Assembly: GCA_965205505.1 (NCBI GenBank) | Contig: CBDBHB010000005.1 | Coordinates: 14,118 to 78,117, forward strand | DNA: 64,000 bases | DNA from: Acidobacteriota bacterium | GTDB lineage: Bacteria; Acidobacteriota; UBA890; WLXD01 | Direction: 5' to 3' | Part shown: positions 55,519 to 64,000 of the stretch, one piece after another | Position numbering within the stretch: position 1 is the stretch's first letter | How the letters are laid out: every line of letters starts with the position of its first letter | The notes under the pieces: generated by a model | What the model was told of the DNA's origin: nothing | The model's database searches: none | Seen by the model: the letters and a program-made list of their open reading frames with translations, nothing else | Position numbers and translations under genes: made by a program

Positions 55519-56687
55519 TCAGATGCGTGCCGCTTGGGGAACTAATCACACGGGCCAAGGTCGAGAGGGCGGGCATTCTCGACCTTCCGGTCTTGTCGAT
55601 GACGAGGTCGGGTGGACTAGTCCCGCAGGAGAGCGTCTTCAAGAAGAAAGTCGCCAGCAGGGACCTCAGCGAGTACAAGGTCGTGCGTCCAAGTCAGTTG
55701 GTTGTCGGGATCCACATCGACGAAGGGGCGCTTGGGGTTTCTGGCCATGACCAGACTGGCATCGTTAGTCCGGCATACGTTCTCTGGGACCTGCCAGATT
55801 CGGATTCGCTGCATCCCGACTACCTGCATCGGTACATCCGGTCGCCTCCAGCGATCGGTCACTTCGTCGCGAACTACCGTCAGACCGCCGAGCGACGGGG
55901 GAAGATAACTCGCGATCGGTTCCTTGCTCTGGAGGTCCCCCTTCCCCCCCTCGCCGAACAGAAGCGGATTGCTGGGATTCTGGATGCGGCGGACGCTTTG
56001 CGGGCCAAGCGCCGCGAGGCCCTAGCCCAGCTCGACACCTTGCTGCAATCCACCTTCCTCGACATGTTCGGTGACCCAGTCTCCAACCCGGAAGGCTGGC
56101 AGGAGTTGCCGTTCGGTGATCTGGTGATCGATACGAAACTCGGGCTAGTGCGTTCATCCAAGGAGTTCGGCTGGGATTTCGAGGTCCCGTACGTTCGCAT
56201 GGACGCCATAAGTACCGCCGGCGAGTTCCTCCCGGGCAAGGTTCAGTCGACGAACGCAACAGAGAAGGAGGTTGCCGCTTTCGCGCTGCGGCCACGTGAC
56301 TTCCTCTTCAACACGAGGAACTCCAGGGACCTCGTGGGAAAGGTTTGTGTCTTTCCCGGTCCAGAAGGCTGGCTATTCAACAACAACCTCATGCGCGTCC
56401 GATTCAACCCAGATGTCGAACCGACGGTTATTGCAGCGCAGTTCCAATTCAGCCGTGTTCAATGCGAGCTGGAGAGGCGCAAGGCAGGGACGACCAGCGT
56501 CTTCGCTGTTTATTGGAAGTCGCTTCGAACGCTGCCTGTGCTGGTTCCTCCGACGGATCTGCAGCGTCGCTTTGCTGCAGTCGTGGGAGCGGTCGACACG
56601 CTCAAGCGGGAACAGGGCGCTCACCTCGACGAGCTCGACACCCTTTTCGGCTCCCTTCAATCCCGCGCCTTCAGCGGCGATCTCTAG
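55515..56687 (+). CDS. hsdS: Type I R-M specificity subunit
   Basis: PLPPLAEQKRIA and PPTDLQRRF conserved repeats around two TRDs. Confidence 0.93.
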   Translation: MIRCVPLGELITRAKVERAGILDLPVLSMTRSGGLVPQESVFKKKVASRDLSEYKVVRPSQLVVGIHIDEGALGVSGHDQTGIVSPAYVLWDLPDSDSLHPDYLHRYIRSPPAIGHFVANYRQTAERRGKITRDRFLALEVPLPPLAEQKRIAGILDAADALRAKRREALAQLDTLLQSTFLDMFGDPVSNPEGWQELPFGDLVIDTKLGLVRSSKEFGWDFEVPYVRMDAISTAGEFLPGKVQSTNATEKEVAAFALRPRDFLFNTRNSRDLVGKVCVFPGPEGWLFNNNLMRVRFNPDVEPTVIAAQFQFSRVQCELERRKAGTTSVFAVYWKSLRTLPVLVPPTDLQRRFAAVVGAVDTLKREQGAHLDELDTLFGSLQSRAFSGDL

Positions 56688-56693
56688 AGCCGG

Positions 56694-59600
56694 GTGGAGA
56701 TCTCCGAGAACTTCGCGTTCCTGAAACACGAGTTTTCCTTCGCTGCCGAGAGCGCGAGCTTGGCCGAGCGCCAAGTCTACGGCGACCCGCGGGCGGCTTG
56801 CTTTCATGCACGCCACGCGCTCGAGCGTCTGGTCATACGTGTCTTCAAGGTCGACAAGACTCTGAGCCCGCCGAAGGTGACGAACCTGGACAACTACCTC
56901 GGCGAGGCGGCCTTCCGCGAGCTCGTCCCCGAGCCTGTCTGGCAGAAGGCCGAGTACGTGCGACGGGCGGGCAACTCCGCAGTGCACGGGAGGAAGATTC
57001 CCGAGCCGGAGATGGCGCTGGACATCGTGCGGGAACTCGACCACGTTCTCTACTGGGCGGGCTGTACGTACCTCCGGCATGGGGCGGAGAACCTCCAGGG
57101 GAAGACCTTCGACGAATCCCTCGTCCCCAGAGTGGAACCGGCCAGCGTACCGGCCAGTGTCGAGGAGCTGGACGCTCTCAAGACCCAACGGGATGCGGCG
57201 GAGGAAGCTCGCAAGGAAGTCGAGAGCGAGCTGGAAGTGTTGCGTGAACGGCTCGCGGCCATCAAAGCGGACAACGAGGCCGTCCCCGATACTCACGACT
57301 GGAACGAGGACAAGACCCGAAAGCTCATCATCGACCTCGGTCTGCAGAGCGCCGGCTGGCCGCTGGATCGGGCACAGGACCGTGAATACCAGATCACGGG
57401 CATGCCCAATGACACGGGAATCGGCTATGCCGACTACGTCCTGTGGGGCGACGACGGCAAGCCGCTGGCGGTGGTGGAGGCAAAGAAGACCACCGTCGAT
57501 CCGGAGGCGGGGAAGCAGCAGGCGAAGATCTATGCCGACTGCCTGGAGGCCATGTACGGGCAGCGTCCAGTCATCTTCTACACCAACGGGTACAAGACCC
57601 ACCTGTGGGACGATCTCTTCTACCCGCCGCGCACCGTCGCCGGGTTCTACAAGAAGGACGAGTTGGCGTCCCTGATCCATCGCCGAGCGCAGCTCCAGCC
57701 ACTGGACGTAGCCCAGATGAAGGACGCAATCGTTGACCGTTACTACCAGAAGCGGGCTATCGGCAGCATCGGGGAGCAGTTCGCACAGGCGCGCCGCAAG
57801 GCGCTCCTGGTGATGGCGACAGGCACCGGCAAGACCCGCACGGTGATCGCGCTGGTGGACCTGCTGCAACGGGCAGGCTGGGTGAAGCGGGCGCTGTTCC
57901 TGGCGGACCGGATATCGCTGGTGAACCAGGCCGTGGGTGCCTTCAAAGCGCATTTGCCGGAGTCCAGCCCGGTGAACCTCGTGACCGAAAAGGACAAGGC
58001 GGGCCGCGTCTTCGTCTCCACCTATCCGACGATGATGGGACTGATTGACGAGACGAAGGAGGGGCAAGCGCGCTTCAGCGTCGGGCATTTCGATCTTGTC
58101 ATCATCGACGAGGCGCATCGCTCAGTTTACCAGAAGTACGGTGCGATCTTCCGTTACTTCGACTCGCTGCTCGTCGGCTTGACGGCCACGCCCAGCGAGC
58201 AGGTCGACAGGAACACCTACGCACTCTTCGACCTGGAGCCGGGGGTTCCAACTGACGCATACGAGCTGGAGACCGCGGTGGCGGACGGCTTTCTCGTGCC
58301 GCCTCGCGTGCAGCAGGTAGACCTGAAGTTCCCACGGGAGGGAATCGACTACGACTCGCTCAGTGACGAGGAGAAGCAACAGTGGGAGAGCCTCGACTGG
58401 GGCGACGACGTGGAACCGGACGCCCTCCCGGACAGGGTCAACGCGACCGCGATCAACAGCTGGCTCTTCAACAAGGACACCGTCGACAAGGTGCTCCAGC
58501 ATCTGATGGAACACGGCCACAGGGTCGAGGGCGGCGACCGGCTTGCCAAGACGATCATCTTCGCCCGCAACCACGAGCACGCGAAGTTCATCGAGGAGCG
58601 CTTCAATCACCACTACCCGCAGTACAAAGGGCACTTCGCACGGATCATCGACCACTACGCGAAGTATCCGCAGAGCCTGCTCGACGACTTCTCGCAAAAG
58701 GATAAGGCGCCGCACATCGCGATCTCGGTGGACATGCTCGACACCGGCATCGACGTGCCCGAGGTCGCGAACCTGGTCTTCTTCAAGCCGGTCTACTCGA
58801 AGATCAAGTTCTGGCAGATGATCGGGCGCGGCACTCGCCTATGTCCGGATCTGTTCGGGCCGGACGAGGACAAGCAGGACTTCCGCGTCTTGGACTTCTG
58901 TTTCAACTTCGACTTCTTCCGCGAGAACCCGAAGGGCATCGAGGCCACTGATGTCGTCCCGATCGGCACGCGGCTCTTCCGTTCCAGGGTACAGCTGCTG
59001 GCCCATGTCCAGGCGACACCGGATATGGACCCGGATATGGTGCTCACGGCGTCGCTGACCACGGAGCTTCATACAGAAGTGGCAGCGATGAACCGCGAGA
59101 ACTTCATCGTGAGGATGCACCTGGAGGCTGTGAACCGCTTCCGTGAGCGCTCGGAATGGGAGCAGCTCAGCGACGCCGACCAGGAGCGGCTGCAGCTTGA
59201 AGTCGCAGGGCTGCCCAGTGAGATCGAAACGGATGACATCGAGTCACGCATGTTTGATCTGACGGCTCTGCGCATGCAGCTTGCCCTGGTCGAGGGCGAC
59301 ATAGGCGATTACGAGAGTCGCCGGCAGCGGATGGTCGAGATCGCAATGCTGCTGGAGGACAAGAGCACGATCCCCGCAGTAAAGGCCCAGCTCGCCTACC
59401 TAGCCTCCATGCAGGAGACCGGTTTCTGGGAGGGGATCGACCTGTCCGGTCTGGAGGAGCTGCGTCTGCGTCTGCGCGGGCTGGTGCCCTTTCTGGACAG
59501 GAAGAAGCGCAAGATCGTCTACACCGACTTCCAGGACCAGATCATCGGCGTGCGGGAAGAAGGTCAGAGGCTACCTACACAACCATCTCGATCATCTCGT

Positions 59601-60033
59601 GATCCACCGGCTCCGGACCAATCAGCCGCTCACCGCTGCCGACCTCAAGGGGCTGGAATCGACCCTGGTCGAGATCGGTGAGGAGGATGGGGAGACGCTC
59701 CTTTCAGGGTTGCTAGCCCGCAGCGAAGCGCCTTCGCTGGCGTACTTCGTGCGCAGCCTTGTTGGCCTGGACCGTTCCGCCGCCCAGTCAGTGTTCTCTG
59801 AGTTCCTGAACGATCGGAGCCTCACGCCGCCACAAATCCGCTTCGTCGAGATGGTGATCACCCAACTCACCTCCCGAGGCATCATGGAAGCGGCAGCGCT
59901 CTATGAGCCGCCCTTCAGCAATCTGCACGCCGGCGGACCTGACGCGCTCTTTGACGGCAACGAGAATGTGATCGAGGGCATCTTCGAGAAGTTGAAGGCC
60001 GTCAGTTCCGTGGAGGTCCAGGGGGCAGGCTAG
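56694..60033 (+). CDS. hsdR: Type I restriction subunit (EcoAI/EcoEI-like), frameshifted at ~59560
   Basis: ADYVL...VEAKK, ATGTGKT, DEAH, QMIGRGTR; C-terminal domain (LYEPPF) in a second frame. Confidence 0.9.
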
Positions 60034-60061
60034 AACGTAATCCTCTCCTCGCGCGCGAGGG

Positions 60062-60604
60062 ATGGGCACGGTTTCGGATCGCTTGGAGTACGCTCGTCGC
60101 ATGAAGATCTGGGACCGCCAGCCGGAAGAAACAGACAAGGCGTTCGCGGCGTGGCTGCTGTATCGGGACTTGCCCGCGCCGCGCTCGGTGGATCTCTCGG
60201 ACACGGAGGCAGGGGCGGCGATCTCGGCGCGGCGGCCGACGTGGATAGGCTGGGCGAGTCGGCTCTCGTGGCGCGAGCGCGTCGCCCAATGGGACGCGGT
60301 GGTGGATCGGAGCGTGTTGGATCGCACGGTGAACACTCGGACGGAGCGCATGGAGGCATGGGGCGCTGTGCTCGACGATGCGCGTGCGCTGGTGGCACAG
60401 CGGCTGCGGAGCATGAGCCCCGACGAGCTGACGCCGGCTGATCTACCCCGCTACATGCAGGCGTGTGCACGACTCGAACAGTCGCTTGCGGCATCCTCGG
60501 CAGCGGAGGCACAGCGTGACGCGGTGGAGCAGTTCGCCGATACGTGGGCGGCGGCCGAGGCTCGACACCGGAAACCCGACGGTGGCGAAGGCGCGGTGCA
60601 CTGA
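60062..60604 (+). CDS. Terminase small subunit-like protein
   Basis: W.RQPEET.KAF.AW..YRDL, W.ER...WD; TGATG coupling to terL. Confidence 0.55.
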   Translation: MGTVSDRLEYARRMKIWDRQPEETDKAFAAWLLYRDLPAPRSVDLSDTEAGAAISARRPTWIGWASRLSWRERVAQWDAVVDRSVLDRTVNTRTERMEAWGAVLDDARALVAQRLRSMSPDELTPADLPRYMQACARLEQSLAASSAAEAQRDAVEQFADTWAAAEARHRKPDGGEGAVH

Positions 60605-61536
60605 TGGCGGTTCCGGCGTTGGTGACGCTAGCGACCGACCCGGCCTGCTTCGGCGACACGTACGGCGCCGCGAGCTGGCGTCCATGGCACGCGGCGCTCG
60701 CCGTGCTTGATGGCCGGCCCGATCTGTTGAGCAGTGATGATGCAGCGTTTGCCCGAGAGCGGCTCGGGCTGGCAGCTGGTGCACCGTTGCCGAGGGAGCC
60801 GGCGCGGGAGGCATGGCTGGTGTGCGGCCGGCGGGCGGGCAAGAGCCACATCGCGGCGATGGTTGCGGTAGCGTACGCTACACGGCCCTATCCGCAACTG
60901 GCAGCCGGTGAGCCGCCGACAGTGGCGCTGCTGGCGCGCGACCTGCGCCAGGCGAAAGTGCTGCGCAGCTACGTAGAGGCCCTGTGCCACGGGCCGTCGC
61001 TGTCGTCTCTGGTGGTGTCAATCAACGCCTCGACCGTACAGCTGGCGACGGGAGCACGCGTCGAGGTGCTGCCCGCTATCGGGGCGACGGTGCGCGGCCG
61101 GACACTGGCGGCAGCGGTGTGCGATGAGATCGCGTTCTGGGCCACCGACGAGGACAGCGCGTACCGTGACACGGACGTGCTGGAGGCGCTGCGCCCAGCA
61201 CTCGCTACCACCGGCGGGCCGCTGATCTGCCTATCGTCCCCGTGGCGGCGCGAGGGCGCGTTGTGGGAAGCGTACAACCGATACCACGGCGCACCGGCTG
61301 ACGACGTGGTGGTGTGGCACGCGTCGACGGTGCTGATGAACCAGAGCCGGGAGCTAGCGACTTACATCGAACGCGCCGAGCGCCTCGACCCGGTGTCGGC
61401 GGCGTCGGAGTACGGCGCCGAGTTCCGTGACGACGTCGGCGGCTACCTGTCGCACGATGTTATCCGCGGCGCCGTCGCGGTCGGTGTGCATCAACGGACG
61501 CCGCCCGGGCCCATATCACACGAGGCTGCGCAGTAG
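60604..61536 (+). CDS. Terminase large subunit ATPase domain, nuclease domain absent
   Basis: GRRAGKS Walker A, RGRT, VCDEIAFW Walker B, LSSP, EYGAEF. Confidence 0.8.
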   Translation: MAVPALVTLATDPACFGDTYGAASWRPWHAALAVLDGRPDLLSSDDAAFARERLGLAAGAPLPREPAREAWLVCGRRAGKSHIAAMVAVAYATRPYPQLAAGEPPTVALLARDLRQAKVLRSYVEALCHGPSLSSLVVSINASTVQLATGARVEVLPAIGATVRGRTLAAAVCDEIAFWATDEDSAYRDTDVLEALRPALATTGGPLICLSSPWRREGALWEAYNRYHGAPADDVVVWHASTVLMNQSRELATYIERAERLDPVSAASEYGAEFRDDVGGYLSHDVIRGAVAVGVHQRTPPGPISHEAAQ

Positions 61537-62064
61537 CTCAATAGGTACGCACTTCGCCTGATCTTCTTCCCGGCGATCTCGACTCGTGCGCTTACTCCGG
61601 CGCCGACGGTCGGCGACGTGATCCGGGCGAACGTGCTGCGATGCCAGTTCTCCGGTGTGGAAGCGGCGCCAGGATTTTCGTCGAGGCGCATCGCGTGCCG
61701 GGGGTCGGGCGTCCCACCGATGCGGAGGACAGCGCAGAGGACGACACCGAAAACCACGATCAAACCGGACATGGCCGGCCGTTAGAAGCGCTCTACAGAG
61801 CCTCGTGGGCGCCCGCCGGTCGATGAGCCAGTCAATTCAGCACGATGGCCGCGCCTCGCCCCGAGTGGATCGCGTTGCAGCCCCTCCGCGGGGTGCTCTA
61901 GGGTCGGCCCCGCGCTGCCCCCAGCAAGCCGTATGCTCAGGGCTGGCGAACGATGCTCCGTATCAGCTCACGAGTGGCGACGTACGGCAACAGAGGCCTC
62001 AGGATCACCTAGAACTTCCGTGGAGGCCGTAACACAGGTCCGAACCTCACCCGAGTCACCACAG

Positions 62065-62446
62065 GGGGATCCTGGCCGCGATGGCAACGATGGCGTCCCC
62101 GGCCCGCCTGGTGGGCCTGGCCACATTGGCCCGCCTGGTCCGCACGGTGAGCCTGGCGTCCCCGTCCCGACGGGACCACAGGGTGGTCCTGGGCCGAAAG
62201 GCGCCAAGGGCAACAAAGGCAATAAGGGCGACAAGGGCGACCCTGGATCGCCAGGACCACAGGGGTCTCAGGGACCACGGGGCGAGCGTGGACCTCCCGG
62301 ACAGGATGGTCGCTCCCCCATTTCCAATCCGGACATCCAGCGGCTCATGGCGCGGGTCACGACGCTGGAGAGCTCAAGTCGCTGACTTCGAGACTCGTAT
62401 CGCCGCTCTGGAGGCTGGCGGTACCGATGCATCGGAGCAGTCCTGA
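62065..62446 (+). pseudogene. Collagen-like (Gly-X-Y) protein with coiled-coil tail, frameshifted
   Basis: 28 triplets with one G>V; RVTTLE / ETRIAALE split across frames near 62371. Confidence 0.75.
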
Positions 62447-62656
62447 AGGTGGTTGCGGACTGCCACCTGCATCATCGGGCGTAACCACGGAGCCGCGGAG
62501 CTGCGGCTGACGAATCCGGTGCCAAGACGGTGAGCGAGCGAGAACGGGGACGGCAGTCAGCTCGATGCCCATTGGGGAGGGGGGCTCACTAGCTTCGGGC
62601 AGGGCAATATAGAGTGAAGAACTAGCCGGAATATGTCGTAACTTTTCGAGCTGCGT

Positions 62657-63605
62657 TGACCTGACCCTGCGGTTAGTACCACGTCTTATCTCAGTAACAC
62701 GGTGCCGACAGCGCCTTAGGGGCCGGTGGTCGATAGCCCAGCGAGCTGTGCGGTCGAACTCGGTTGTACTGCTGCCGCCACCTCTGGATCAGAACCCGTG
62801 CCTGCTTGAGCGTGTAGAAGATCTCCCGGTCCAGCAGCTCGTCGCGGAGCTTGCCGTTGAAGCTCTCCACGTAACCGTTGTCCCACGGCGAGCCCGGCTC
62901 GATCAACAGCGTGCCCACGCCGAGTTGGCCCAGCCAGTCGCGAACGGCCGCGGCAGTGAACTCAGGTCCGTTATCCCGACCTGATGTGATCGGGTATTTC
63001 CCGGTGCACCAACAGCCACCCGAGCCGCTCGAGCACTTGCTCGGAGTTGAGCTTGCGCGCCACGTCGATCGCCAGGCTCTCGCGGGTGTACTCGTCCACG
63101 ATCGTCAACATCCTCATGGACCGGCCATCGTGCGTCCGGTCATGGACGAAGTCGTACGCCCACACGTGGTTCTTGCGCTCCGGTCGCAGCCGGATACACG
63201 AGCCATCGTTGAACCAGAGCCGGGCTCGTTTGGGCTGCCTCTGCGCCGACGTGCTGGGCTCAGAAGTTTCCCTCCGCGACCTCCTTGAGGATCGCCAGGT
63301 CGAGCTCCTTGTCCGCCACCAGCTTCTTGAGCCGGGAGTTGTCCTTCTCGAGCTGTTTGAGCTTCCGCGCCTGGTTCAGCTTCAGCCCGCCGTACTCGCG
63401 CCGCCACCGGTAGTAGGTGTGCTCGGTGATCGCTACCTTGCGACAGGCATCCTTGACCGTCGCGCCTGGAGCCAGCTCCACTTAACCCTCCCGGAGCTTG
63501 CGCACGATCTGCTCGGCGCTTGTGCCTCTTGACCGGCATTCTGACCTCCCTTTCTGGTCCCAGATCGTGTGATTACATCTGGACCCGTTTTCGGGCGTCA
63601 GGTCA
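62657..63605 (-). mobile_element. Degraded IS3-family element
   Basis: TGACCTGAC ends; OrfA fragment YYRWRREYGG; OrfB fragments WAYDF and ESFNGKLRDE with frameshifts and an internal deletion. Confidence 0.9.
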
Positions 63606-63631
63606 GTGCTGCGGAGAGCTCGGGCTCACTT

Positions 63632-63907
63632 CTAGTACTCAGCCAGCCGCTGGCGCCAGGCCTCGCGCTCCCGTACCTGCTCCAGTGTGAGGCACCCGCC
63701 GTCGGCATGCTTCCGCTCGTGGCACTGCCGGCAGATGGGCTGCACGTTGGTGCGGTCCCAGAAGCGCTCCGGCGCAAGGTGCACCGGCTTGATGTAGTCG
63801 ATGCGCATCCGCACCGACCGTGAAGCCAGCCTCGGCGCAGGAGCGCACAACGGCTCGTTCCGGAGGATGTTGGCGCGCCAGCGCTGGTAGCGGGCACTCG
63901 AGCGCAT
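63632..63907 (-). pseudogene. Phage-type HNH endonuclease, degenerate
   Basis: EPLC, NVQPICRQCHERK; DHI replaced by DYI; first CxxC split by compensating frameshifts. Confidence 0.75.
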
Positions 63908-64000
63908 CCGGCGTTAGATCTCGGGGTCGATCGGCGGTTTTCGGTGAGTGTTCATTTCGAGGGCAATTTATGCCCCCGAAGAATTTTTCTTACAAACGGA

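Noticed and set aside
55765-58118. Long antisense ORFs (e.g. 56373-58118; similarly 48070-49560 and 13694-14758)
   Set aside because: They are shadows of well-supported genes, as expected in GC-rich DNA.

Overview
GC-rich bacterial chromosomal window; gene content is compatible with an Acidobacteriota-like organism (inference only). 1-23.4 kb is mostly housekeeping: YheT-type hydrolase, dacB, fdhD, SCO protein, a fatty-acid beta-oxidation operon, TonB-dependent receptor, M20 dipeptidase and Mrp/ApbC. It also holds a UGA-containing CxxU AhpD-like selenoprotein gene with a SECIS-like hairpin, and a candidate structured ncRNA at ~20.3-20.5 kb. 24.1-35.0 kb is a split SOS mutagenesis cassette (lexA-imuA-imuB ... 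dnaE2); both halves carry the same upstream palindrome AGACA-TT-TGTCT, a candidate LexA operator unlike the SOS boxes I know. 35-52 kb is a patchwork of short accessory genes and fragments, a 277-bp MITE, a gamma-glutamyltransferase, an HD oxygenase-like gene and a TIM-barrel/Tm-1-like pair. From 52.2 kb a sulfatase is cut by an IS3, followed by an IS-bounded island with a type I R-M system and decayed phage packaging genes (terS-like, ATPase-only terL, collagen-like, HNH). Two families of short (C)TAG-anchored dispersed repeats recur. Several genes have single-base or short-deletion frameshifts that could be real decay or assembly error. All calls come from reading motifs by eye; no database search was run.
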